From Clostridia bacterium (GTDB lineage Bacteria; Bacillota; Clostridia; Oscillospirales; CAG-272): a DNA stretch of 64,000 nt. Location of the stretch: contig JAFVRO010000014.1 in NCBI GenBank assembly GCA_017504205.1, positions 29,133 through 93,132 of the forward strand, in the 5' to 3' direction. The position numbers were made by a program, and so were the translations under genes. The notes under the pieces were generated by a model. It was given only the letters and a program-made list of their open reading frames with translations. It ran no database searches and had not been told where the DNA came from. Of this stretch, positions 47,154-56,270 are shown in pieces (position 1 is the first letter of the stretch; each line of letters opens with the position of its first letter).

Positions 47154-47834
47154 ATGTTTGAAGAATTAAGAAAAAAGGCATATGAAGCGAATATTGCTCT
47201 TTACAGGAGTGGGTTAGTTTCATTCGACAGCGAAAACGTATCTGTCATTGACAATGAAAGGGCGCATATTGCGCTCAAGCCTGCAAACATTTCCTTTGAA
47301 GAGCTTACCGAGCAGGACATGCTTGTATATGATATTGACGGTAATATTATTCTCGGCACCGATAATCCTTTGCCTGATGCCATTACACAACTTGAGCTTT
47401 ACAGGTGTTTTGAGAGTATAAACAGCATTGTGCATACTTATTCATTATATGCAACCTCATTTGCGCAGGCGGGACGTTCCATTAAGCCTTACGGCGCGTC
47501 TCATGCGATCCTCTTCCCTGTTGCAGTGCCTTGCACTCGCAAGATGACGCACACGGAGGTAACGCAGGATTTTGAGAAGAGTCTTGCATCCATCATTATT
47601 TCTACAATCGAATCGTTAGGAGCTGACAAGCTTCGCGCGGTACTCGTTCATTCGCAATCTGTATTCGCTTGGGGTAATGATCCGATGGAAGCGGTACGCA
47701 CTGCCGTTGCTCTTGAGCGTATAGCACAAATGGCTTTCAACACAGAGCTTCTTCAGGTAACCATTGGACAAAATGGCGGTGTACCGATGCCTCAGGATCT
47801 CATTGCAAGGCTAAGAGACAGAGCGAATAACTGA
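47154..47834 (+). CDS. AraD-like class II aldolase/epimerase homolog, metal ligands substituted
   Basis: AraD scaffold (AYEAN..L, NVS, ATSFAQAG..I, VPCTR.MT, FAWG), but HTHS reads HTYS and HSHG reads HSQS. Confidence 0.8.
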   Translation: MFEELRKKAYEANIALYRSGLVSFDSENVSVIDNERAHIALKPANISFEELTEQDMLVYDIDGNIILGTDNPLPDAITQLELYRCFESINSIVHTYSLYATSFAQAGRSIKPYGASHAILFPVAVPCTRKMTHTEVTQDFEKSLASIIISTIESLGADKLRAVLVHSQSVFAWGNDPMEAVRTAVALERIAQMAFNTELLQVTIGQNGGVPMPQDLIARLRDRANN

Positions 47835-47852
47835 TATTCTGACAGGAGAGCT

Positions 47853-49013
47853 TTGATGAGTAAAAAACGTATTACTTCACTGTGCCTTATGATCGCGTTA
47901 CTTTTAACGTCTGTATTACAGCTTACTGCGTGCGGCTACGTACTGCCGGGTAATACCAATAGCGTCACCGCGGACACCAATGATAAATCTGACGATACGG
48001 AGCCTGATGCAGTTGCCCCGTCCTCGGATTTTCTGTTAACTCAGGAAGAGGTGTCGGGAGATACGTCCTTTGCGCTCTATGCGGTATACAGAAGATATGC
48101 AAGTGAGGCGCTTCTTATACCCGGATTGAAGCAATATTTAGTGCCTCAGGGAATGGATATCTGGGATGAAAAAAATCTGCTTATTATTTCCGGGTATTTT
48201 TCAGCAGACAGTGTAATCGACTCTTCAGTTCTGATGGCAATAGATCTTGCAAGCGGAAATTATGTGGGTGAATATTACATAAAAAATGCTGACGGAACTA
48301 AAAACAAGAGTCACGTTGGCGGTATTGCAATAACAGAAAAAGATCTGTTTATTTCGAGCGGAAACAAGCTGCACAGGATACCGCTTTCTGCGTTAGAGGA
48401 TGCCAAAGACCATGGAGATGTAACAATTATTGAAAGCATTTCCGTTCCATGCAACGCTTCGTTCTGCAATTATTCGGGCGGCGTATTATGGGTTGGAGAT
48501 TTCTTTCTGAAGGAATCATATCCTACGGATGAATACCGTCACTTGATAAACCGTGACGGTGAGCAATATTATGCGTGGTGCGTAGGGTACAAGGTAGATT
48601 CATCCTCAAAAAACGGATTAGCTTTTGACTTGCCGACAAATGACGGATTTGCGACACCCGATTATGTTTTGTCGATTCAGGAAAAAATCCAGGGATTTAC
48701 CGTATTATCGGACAAGCGTATAGTATTGAGTCAATCGTACGGGCGAGGCAACAATTCAAGGCTATATTTCTACGAAAATGTCTTAGACACTGATGCGCAT
48801 ACCACCGTTGAGTTAAACGGGCGTGATATTCCGGTATGGTTTTTGGACGGTAAATGTGAAAAAGACATAATTATTGCGCCCCCGATGGCGGAGGGAATCT
48901 GTGAAAAAGATGGAAATCTTTACGTCCTATATGAGTCAGGAGCGGACAAGTACCGTAACAATGGAGGCAAGTACCCTACGGATCACGTTTGGGTGATTAG
49001 CGCACCGGATTAA
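47853..49013 (+). CDS. Lipoprotein, probable beta-propeller
   Basis: Lipobox LTAC; blade-like motifs VPQGM, HVGGIA, IQGF, MAEGI. Confidence 0.7.
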   Translation: MMSKKRITSLCLMIALLLTSVLQLTACGYVLPGNTNSVTADTNDKSDDTEPDAVAPSSDFLLTQEEVSGDTSFALYAVYRRYASEALLIPGLKQYLVPQGMDIWDEKNLLIISGYFSADSVIDSSVLMAIDLASGNYVGEYYIKNADGTKNKSHVGGIAITEKDLFISSGNKLHRIPLSALEDAKDHGDVTIIESISVPCNASFCNYSGGVLWVGDFFLKESYPTDEYRHLINRDGEQYYAWCVGYKVDSSSKNGLAFDLPTNDGFATPDYVLSIQEKIQGFTVLSDKRIVLSQSYGRGNNSRLYFYENVLDTDAHTTVELNGRDIPVWFLDGKCEKDIIIAPPMAEGICEKDGNLYVLYESGADKYRNNGGKYPTDHVWVISAPD

Positions 49014-49049
49014 GATTTTTGATAAATATTAAATAGTATTAATGTAATA

Positions 49050-49082
49050 TGCCCCCAAAAAGTCAGATGCTTTTTGGGGGCA
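49050..49082. repeat. Perfect 13-bp inverted repeat (terminator, possibly IS-end derived)
   Basis: TGCCCCCAAAAAG-7nt-CTTTTTGGGGGCA between convergent genes. Confidence 0.7.
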
Positions 49083-49133
49083 ACCTTTATGTAAAAGAAC
49101 GATGTATGACAGAGAAGATTCAATTAATGCGAA

Positions 49134-49964
49134 TTATATTTGTGCACGTCTGTATTGAGAGGGTGATACGCCGAACTCTTTCTTGAACATGTGGTTAAAA
49201 TTTGACAAGGATGAAAAACCGCATTCCGCGCAAATCTCAATAATGTGCTTTTTAGTAGTAATGAGGAGTAGCTTCGCATGATTCAATCTGAGCTGCATCA
49301 GAAAATCAACATATTTTTTCCCCGTAATTTCATGAAAGTGCTTACTGAAATAGCTGGCAGAATATCCGCTTATTCTTGCCATATCTCCAAGTGACGGCGC
49401 TTCATTGAAATGAAGGAAAAGGTATCTCATGCACTTATAGATGGGATCGATTGTCCCCAAATCCTCTCCGCCATCCTTACCGTCCAAATCTGCATGTCTT
49501 AACAAGAAAATCAAGAGGCATTCAAGCAGATTCTTCTTATCCAAGTCGGAATATACATCCTCCACAGGTTCTTCAAGCATTGAAACGATAAACAATACTT
49601 TATTCAGATCGTCATCATTCAGCTCAAAAACATTATTTGAACTACGGTTAATAAGCGAGTTCAACAGACGCTTCGATACAGTATTGTTATCAAATTCAAT
49701 GTTAAGCAGTTCAAGATCATCAGGTATTATCAAGCAGTGAAAATCCGCAGGCGACAAAAAATAAGCGCTACCTTTTTTTAGCGGATACATACATCCATTA
49801 AGATTGTGATATCCGCCGCCGCATAATATAATTTCAATCTCATAGTAGGCGTGCATATGCATCCTTGTGTTTTTATTTATAACTTTCCTTCTTACAGATA
49901 TTCCATGGGTATCATCCGACCACTTTTTGGAAAAAACGGGAGTAGGTGAAGAGTCCATATACAC
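49134..49964 (-). CDS. AraC-family regulator with cupin sensor domain
   Basis: HMHAYYEI; C-terminal YFSKHF..ITG, CGFSSLSNF..MFKKEFGVSPSQYR. Confidence 0.92.
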   Translation of the reverse strand: MYMDSSPTPVFSKKWSDDTHGISVRRKVINKNTRMHMHAYYEIEIILCGGGYHNLNGCMYPLKKGSAYFLSPADFHCLIIPDDLELLNIEFDNNTVSKRLLNSLINRSSNNVFELNDDDLNKVLFIVSMLEEPVEDVYSDLDKKNLLECLLIFLLRHADLDGKDGGEDLGTIDPIYKCMRYLFLHFNEAPSLGDMARISGYSASYFSKHFHEITGKKYVDFLMQLRLNHAKLLLITTKKHIIEICAECGFSSLSNFNHMFKKEFGVSPSQYRRAQI

Positions 49965-50034
49965 GACCTCCTTTTTAGGTTTTTATATATTATACTACAT
50001 TGTTGTTATTTTTTCAAGTGTTTTCACTTAAATG

Positions 50035-50096
50035 CAAAAAATGTGCAATATTACCACAAAAAAGAACAAGATATTTTTCAAATCCTGTGATATTAT
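50035..50096 (+). promoter_or_regulatory. Putative AraC direct-repeat sites and extended -10 of the GH38 operon
   Basis: AAAAATGTGCAA and AAAAAAGAACAA, 21 bp apart, upstream of TGnTATTAT (50091-50096). Confidence 0.4.
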
Positions 50097-50170
50097 TAAA
50101 ATACATATGTATCATATATGAAATGCACGTTGTGAAAAGCAACGGTATAATTAAATAAGGAGAAGAAAAA

Positions 50171-52606
50171 ATGAGTCAAAAAAAGAAGATTTACTTTATT
50201 GGTAATGCGCATTTGGATCCCGTATGGATGTGGCGTTGGCAAGAGGGGTCCGCAGAGGCAAAGGCAACAATACGCAGTGCTCTTGACCGAATGAATGAGT
50301 ACCCCGAATTCAAATTTGTATGCTCAGCTTCTGCGATTTTTGAATGGATAGAAGAATTTGATCCGACAATGTTTGAAGAGATAAAGAAACGTGTTACAGA
50401 GGGTAGATTCATTCTCGTAGGCGGATGGTATATACAACCTGACTGCAATAATCCGTCAGGAGAGAGCTTCGCAAGACACAGTCTTTACGCACAGAGGTAT
50501 TTTAAGAATCAATTTGGAAAAACGGCAACTATTGGGTACAACGTTGACTCCTTTGGTCACAACGGTATGCTTCCTCAAATACTAAAAAAATCCGGTATGG
50601 ACAAATATGTATTTATGCGTCCGGGGTTAAATGAAAAGGACATGCCAAGCGAGCTTTTTAAATGGCAATCTCCCGATGGCTCGCAAGTTCTTGCCTGGAG
50701 GATAGTAGCAGGATATACGGGAAATGTAAAAAACATAGATGAGTTGGAAACAAAATTTTCCAAGGCGATCAACCTTTCACGAAACGACACTGATGCTATA
50801 ATGCTATTCTATGGAGTTGGTAATCACGGTGGTGGACCTACAAAGACCAATATAAATACCGTACTTGAATTCCGCGCAAAATATCCCGACAAGGAGATAA
50901 TCTTTTCCGATCTGGATGATTTTTTCCAATACGTTATGCCTATGTCTGACAGTTTCCCAGTCCATAATGATGACTTACAGCATCACGCAAGTGGGTGCTA
51001 CTCTGCTGTATCGTTTATAAAAAATGCTATACGCAGAGGTGAGAATGCATTGTATGCTGCAGAGGTATACGCATTTATGGGAAATAAGATTCTCGGCAGA
51101 AGCTTTGATTCCAAGGCGTTTGAGGCGGCTTGGAAGAACGTACTGTTCTGTCACTTCCATGATATAATGGGAGGGTGCTCCATAAAGGATGCTTATACAG
51201 ACGCAGGCTATATGATAGGTGAGACTATGTCATTTGCAATGAAAACCGAGAACAATGCGCTCCAGAGCATTTCCTGGGCGATTGACACTGCCGATCCACA
51301 AAAAGGTCTACCTATTGTTATATTCAATCCCCATGGATTTGATGTTGAGGATATGGTTACTATAAACAAGCAGGTTGCAAGAATATGTGACGAGGATGAC
51401 AACGATGTAGAGATACAGCTTGTTCGTTCTCAGACCTTTAGCTGCAAGAAGCGTTCTGACACGGCATTTGTCGCAAAGGTTCCCGCTATGGGCTATGCAA
51501 CCTATTATATAAAGCCTGCCCTTCCCGTAGACGAATCTACTACCGTAAATATGGAAGATGCGCCTGTTGAAGAGCCTGTTCTTCATATTGACGGTATGAT
51601 TATGGAAAACGATATCTTCCGTATAGAGTTTGAGAAGCACACGGGATATATAAAATCAATATTTGATAAGACCACCGAAACCGAGCTTATAGACGGCTTT
51701 GGTGCAGTTCCCACCGTTTACGACGAATATAAGCATGATACTTGGTCTCATGCGCTTAATTTCTTTGACCGTGAGATAGCGAAATTTGCGGACGCAGAGT
51801 TCAAGATAGTGGAAACGGGGCCTATCCGCGTTACTATGAAAGTAGTAAACCGCTACAATAACTCTACGCTTACACAATACATAAGCCTTCGTAAGGGCTC
51901 AAAGACAATAGACGTAAGGGCAAATGTTGATTGGCACGAAAGGCATAAAATGCTCAAGCTTGCATATAGCACCACGATTACGGATTCCAAAGCATACTAT
52001 GAGATTCCATTCGGGGTTATCAGCCGTCCCACCGACGGTGAAGAAGAGCCCGGACTTGGATTTATCGCGCTCAGAAATGAGGAACGCGGCTTGGCTATCC
52101 TGAACAATAATAAATACAGTTTCTCTGTAACGGGCAATGTAATGAATCTCACCGTAGTCCGTAGTCCGCTATTTGGAGATCATGGACGTGGCCGTGATGA
52201 CGAATGTGAATTTACCGATCAAGGAAGCCACGATTTTGCATATTCTATTATGCCTATCCGCAATAATGGCTGGAGCGAGGTTGCAAAGGAAGCAAGAAAG
52301 CTCAATCTTCCTATGACAAACATCATGGAAAACAATCATAAAGGTACTCTTAGTCATACCTTCAAGGGATTTGAATGCTCCGCAGAAAACATAATCGTTA
52401 CAGCAATCAAGGCATCCGAGGATGGTAAGGGTATGGTTATAAGAGCCTACGAAACAGATGGAGTTGATACCAATGCTGTAATATCGGGCGCGCTCCTCCC
52501 TGCCGAGCTCGAGGCTCATTTTGGGGCATATAGCGTAAACACCTATTATTACTCTTATGAAACAAATGAATGGAAGGAAGTTCTCATAACCGAGTACGAC
52601 ATATGA
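50171..52606 (+). CDS. GH38 alpha-mannosidase-family glycoside hydrolase (cytoplasmic)
   Basis: NAHLDPVWMWRW, GGWYIQPD.N.PSGES, DSFGH, YGVGNHGGGP, FHDI; no signal peptide. Confidence 0.92.
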   Translation: MSQKKKIYFIGNAHLDPVWMWRWQEGSAEAKATIRSALDRMNEYPEFKFVCSASAIFEWIEEFDPTMFEEIKKRVTEGRFILVGGWYIQPDCNNPSGESFARHSLYAQRYFKNQFGKTATIGYNVDSFGHNGMLPQILKKSGMDKYVFMRPGLNEKDMPSELFKWQSPDGSQVLAWRIVAGYTGNVKNIDELETKFSKAINLSRNDTDAIMLFYGVGNHGGGPTKTNINTVLEFRAKYPDKEIIFSDLDDFFQYVMPMSDSFPVHNDDLQHHASGCYSAVSFIKNAIRRGENALYAAEVYAFMGNKILGRSFDSKAFEAAWKNVLFCHFHDIMGGCSIKDAYTDAGYMIGETMSFAMKTENNALQSISWAIDTADPQKGLPIVIFNPHGFDVEDMVTINKQVARICDEDDNDVEIQLVRSQTFSCKKRSDTAFVAKVPAMGYATYYIKPALPVDESTTVNMEDAPVEEPVLHIDGMIMENDIFRIEFEKHTGYIKSIFDKTTETELIDGFGAVPTVYDEYKHDTWSHALNFFDREIAKFADAEFKIVETGPIRVTMKVVNRYNNSTLTQYISLRKGSKTIDVRANVDWHERHKMLKLAYSTTITDSKAYYEIPFGVISRPTDGEEEPGLGFIALRNEERGLAILNNNKYSFSVTGNVMNLTVVRSPLFGDHGRGRDDECEFTDQGSHDFAYSIMPIRNNGWSEVAKEARKLNLPMTNIMENNHKGTLSHTFKGFECSAENIIVTAIKASEDGKGMVIRAYETDGVDTNAVISGALLPAELEAHFGAYSVNTYYYSYETNEWKEVLITEYDI

Positions 52607-52607
52607 T

Positions 52608-53543
52608 ATGAAAATTGGAATAGATATCGGCGGTACAAAATGTGCCGTTGTCCTTGGCGACAACACTCATATTGAAAAGAAAATTAAATTTGCGACCACT
52701 ACCTGTGAGGAAACTCTGGAAAAAATTTTTAATGCAGTATCGGAAATAGGTGTAGGAGATGCTATCGGGGTATCATGCGGAGGCCCTCTTGACGAGGCAA
52801 GAGGGATAATACTATCCCCACCTAACCTTATCGGTTGGGACAACGTACACATAACCGAAATGCTTAGCGACAGATTTGGTGTTCCCGCATACCTATGTAA
52901 CGATGCCAATGCTTGTGCCTTGGCGGAATGGAAGTATGGAGCGGGCAGAGGGGCAAGGAATATGATATTTCTTACCTTCGGTACGGGATTTGGTGCAGGT
53001 CTCATACTGGACGGACATCTCTACAGCGGTACGAGCGGCATGGCGGGCGAAATAGGACACATAAGACTATCTGATTACGGTCCTGTAGGGTATGGAAAGC
53101 GAGGTTCGATCGAGGGCTTTTGCAGCGGCGGCGGTATTGCTCAAATTGGAAAAATGCTTGCGCTTGAAAAGCTTCAAAGCGGTTTAACGCTTCCATATTG
53201 TAAAGGCATTTCAGAACTTGATCAAATAAACGCAAAAATACTTGCCGACTACGCGGAACTTGGTGAGGAGGTAGGGTTAAAAGCGTATGAAATATGCGGA
53301 GAAATGCTTGGCCAGAGCATTTCAATGCTAATCGATCTGCTTAATCCCGAAGTGATCGTAATTGGAAGTATATTTACTCGCTCAGAAAAGCTTATACGAC
53401 CTCATATGGAAAGAATACTGAGTAATGAAACGCTCATCTCGTCTCGATCCGTGTGTCGCATTCTGCCTGCGGCGCTTGGTGAGAGCATAGGTGATTTTGC
53501 CGCGCTTGCGGTTGCGTTTGAAGGAGGTGAACAAAGTGCTTAA
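52608..53543 (+). CDS. ROK-family sugar kinase
   Basis: IGIDIGGTK, NDANACALAE, GTGFGAG, GEIGH; no HTH. Confidence 0.9.
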   Translation: MKIGIDIGGTKCAVVLGDNTHIEKKIKFATTTCEETLEKIFNAVSEIGVGDAIGVSCGGPLDEARGIILSPPNLIGWDNVHITEMLSDRFGVPAYLCNDANACALAEWKYGAGRGARNMIFLTFGTGFGAGLILDGHLYSGTSGMAGEIGHIRLSDYGPVGYGKRGSIEGFCSGGGIAQIGKMLALEKLQSGLTLPYCKGISELDQINAKILADYAELGEEVGLKAYEICGEMLGQSISMLIDLLNPEVIVIGSIFTRSEKLIRPHMERILSNETLISSRSVCRILPAALGESIGDFAALAVAFEGGEQSA

Positions 53544-54177
53544 CGAACTTATGACACGATACCCCCAACTCAAGGTTTGTGAGGAATCGATACTGACAGC
53601 TGAAAAAATGATGCTTGATACCTATCTCAAGGGAGGAAAAATACTCGTTTGCGGAAACGGCGGATCAGCGGCCGACGCAGACCACATAGTAGGTGAGCTT
53701 ATGAAGGGTTTTTTACTGAGAAGAAAAATGTCCCCACTGACAGCCAAAAAATTTGAAGCTGCACTTGGCAGTGATGCAGAGGAATTTATTAAAAAGCTTC
53801 AATGTGGAATTCCCGCAATTTCGCTCCCCGCGCAGAGCGCGGTACTATCCGCTTATGCAAATGATGTGGATGCCGAGCTTATGTATTCTCAGCTCGTTTT
53901 TGGATACGCGATGGATGAGGATATGCTGATAGCCATCTCTACCTCAGGAAATTCGAAAAATGTTTTTGCCGCTGCAAAAGTGGCAAAGGCAATTGGAATA
54001 AAGACGTTAGCTCTTACGGGCGGGGCGGACAGTAAGCTTTCTGCACTATGCGACTGTACAGTTAAGGTTCCGGAAAGCGAAACATTTAAAATTCAAGAGC
54101 TTCATCTGCCGGTGTATCATTATCTTTGTGCATCTGTCGAGCGCACGCTATTCAATACGCGAGATGACAATCAGTAA
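53536..54177 (+). CDS. GmhA-type SIS phosphosugar isomerase
   Basis: CGNGGSAADADH..GEL, ISTSGNS, IQELHL..YH. GTG start after AGGAGG, overlapping the kinase stop. Confidence 0.88.
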   Translation: MLNELMTRYPQLKVCEESILTAEKMMLDTYLKGGKILVCGNGGSAADADHIVGELMKGFLLRRKMSPLTAKKFEAALGSDAEEFIKKLQCGIPAISLPAQSAVLSAYANDVDAELMYSQLVFGYAMDEDMLIAISTSGNSKNVFAAAKVAKAIGIKTLALTGGADSKLSALCDCTVKVPESETFKIQELHLPVYHYLCASVERTLFNTRDDNQ

Positions 54178-54334
54178 AGAGGTCAAAAGTTCTTGTCTTT
54201 GATTATTATCTCACTTATAATTCTTCAGATTCCTGCGATACACGGTTGCAGAGCAGCAAACAACCCCTTCGATTTACATACATAACGATTGAGATTGTGA
54301 GAAGCCGGGAATCTGACGAGTATGAGCAATAAAT

Positions 54335-54362
54335 GGGCTGTCTCATTTGCGTGAGACAGCCC
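54335..54362. repeat. Second copy of the GGGCTGTCTCA palindrome
   Basis: GGGCTGTCTCA-tttgcg-TGAGACAGCCC; its reverse complement matches 40665-40692 with one loop mismatch. Confidence 0.75.
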
Positions 54363-54370
54363 GTTAATCT

Positions 54371-55612
54371 TTATTTTATATAGTTACTGTTTGCATCCTT
54401 CCCCGTTTTGGCTTTGTAGTCCTCGAGGGAGGTAAAGCTTTCACCACCGAAGTGGATAAGAAGTCTTGAATTTGGGGTATATACGTTATTATCAAGTTCG
54501 ATACGAGCCTCGGCATCGGGCGAAATGATTGAATAAATGGCGGCTCCCACGGGAGCAGGTCCAAAGACGTTATTTTTTATTTCAACGTAGCTTTCCGCAT
54601 CTGCTTTTTCTATACGCCAAAGGAAGATATGATGCCCCATGGGCTGAGGCCAAATCTCGCTACTGCGCGGGTCTCCCTCCCCGAGCATCGCAAATCCGCA
54701 TCCTGCGTTCAGACATACGTTATTAGTAAAGCAGGAATTGATCGGAAGCTTATCTCTGTATTCAAACGCTGCCATTCCGTAGGTATCGAAAACGTTATTT
54801 CGGCAAATAAAATTGCGCGCGGTTACAGTTTGGTCACCCGGACCCTGATGAGTTACGCAAGAATCATAGATGTTTTTGAACATACATCCTTCAACGGTTA
54901 CGTTATCACCGTGTGTCCAGAGTTCTACGCCGTTACCGAATCGTATGCGCAGCTCTTTGCTCCAGACGCAACCACCGATATTCACAAAATCGCAATTCTG
55001 CACGGTAATATTTTCACCACGGCCTGCAAGTCCATGAACGCCACTATTCATAAATTTAAGGTCTTTAAACGTAGTGTGCGATCTGAGTATACCAAGATTC
55101 CTTGTGAAAAAACTAATTCCCTCAATATGAGAATAAACAACGGCAGGATTACCAATTGAGTATAAAAGAACTGTCTGCGAGGTTTTAACGTGTGATGAGG
55201 GTTTTTCGCCGTAACGTGAATCCCAGAAGTCGCCTTGGGAGACAAGATCCTCCGTTGTCCATCTTAACGTTGCAAAAGACTCGACGCCGTCCTTTGTAAA
55301 CACAAAATTTCCGACGTTACCATCAATTTTTTTGGCACATTCCCAGACATTTGGCGTTTCAGTTTCAATCCAATCAGCAACATCGCTAAGATCTGCCGAT
55401 CCGCAAAACGTGGGCTTTTCACCTTCCCCGTAGGCTCCGTACGTTATTCCCTCCTTTGTCTCGAGGTTTGAGCGATAGAATGAGCCGCGCTTAAACAAAA
55501 CGGTATCACCGCGACTAAGGGTTGAAATATTTGAAATGGAATCAAGCGGTGTGTTTTCGGAACAACCGTCGTTTGTTGTCAGTCCGTTAATGTTATCAAT
55601 ATAATAAGTCAC
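54371..55612 (-). CDS. Right-handed parallel beta-helix (pectin-lyase-like) protein
   Basis: YYID..NG...NDG, GDTVLFKRG, YGAYGEGEKP, repeated N..V.NC.F.N coils; no signal peptide. Confidence 0.8.
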   Translation of the reverse strand: MTYYIDNINGLTTNDGCSENTPLDSISNISTLSRGDTVLFKRGSFYRSNLETKEGITYGAYGEGEKPTFCGSADLSDVADWIETETPNVWECAKKIDGNVGNFVFTKDGVESFATLRWTTEDLVSQGDFWDSRYGEKPSSHVKTSQTVLLYSIGNPAVVYSHIEGISFFTRNLGILRSHTTFKDLKFMNSGVHGLAGRGENITVQNCDFVNIGGCVWSKELRIRFGNGVELWTHGDNVTVEGCMFKNIYDSCVTHQGPGDQTVTARNFICRNNVFDTYGMAAFEYRDKLPINSCFTNNVCLNAGCGFAMLGEGDPRSSEIWPQPMGHHIFLWRIEKADAESYVEIKNNVFGPAPVGAAIYSIISPDAEARIELDNNVYTPNSRLLIHFGGESFTSLEDYKAKTGKDANSNYIK

Positions 55613-55650
55613 TGTTTTTCTCCTTATTCATTTTTTGATAACGCTTGTCT

Positions 55651-56247
55651 TTATCGCTTCAGTAACTCCACGGCATTTTTGTAACAGACACGGTCTGTAA
55701 GAATATTCAATGCCTCAAGAAGCGCATTAGCGGTCATTCCGCAAGGGAGGTCAAACTGTACGGCAAGGCTATCGCGTAGCTCGGTACTGTTTTTACCGCC
55801 GCTGAGTCCGTCGTTAAAGAAATCGGTTTTTGTTATGGGATCGTCTGAGCTTTTCAGAGGTGCATCCTCCGAATATGGTTTGAGCAAAGAGACAAGCACC
55901 TCCGCCTTCATTCCCTCTACCCCAAGAGTGCCCTCGGCGGATGGTGCAGATTTACGCTTTTCCTTCCCTTTGATTTGGGGTATATACAGTGATATGATCC
56001 TATCTTTTGGGATAAATGATTTTATATGTGAGCGGATCATCGCTCCTGCTTTATCGCTGTCCGTCAAGATTATCAATGGGCGCTCACGCGTAAGGGCTTT
56101 TATAAGGGCTTTCTTTTCCGTGCTTTTGAAAACGCCGAATCCGTTGGTTGTAATGACGGTGGCGTTTGCAATACCGAGTATTGCGGCGCGGTCATATTTT
56201 CCTTCTACGAGAATAGGATATGAGATATTCAGCTTTTCGTTAGTCAT
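55651..56247 (-). CDS. rnmV: Ribonuclease M5-like (Toprim + DUF4093)
   Basis: ILVEGKYD, LTDSD.AG..IR, LGVEG. Confidence 0.85.
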   Translation of the reverse strand: MTNEKLNISYPILVEGKYDRAAILGIANATVITTNGFGVFKSTEKKALIKALTRERPLIILTDSDKAGAMIRSHIKSFIPKDRIISLYIPQIKGKEKRKSAPSAEGTLGVEGMKAEVLVSLLKPYSEDAPLKSSDDPITKTDFFNDGLSGGKNSTELRDSLAVQFDLPCGMTANALLEALNILTDRVCYKNAVELLKR

Positions 56248-56270
56248 GTTTAATGTCCTTTCCCATAGAG

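Noticed and set aside
54180-54330. 6S RNA or tRNA identity for the structured intergenic region
   Set aside because: Too short for the 6S rod with central bubble, no obvious promoter, and no cloverleaf or T-loop consensus.
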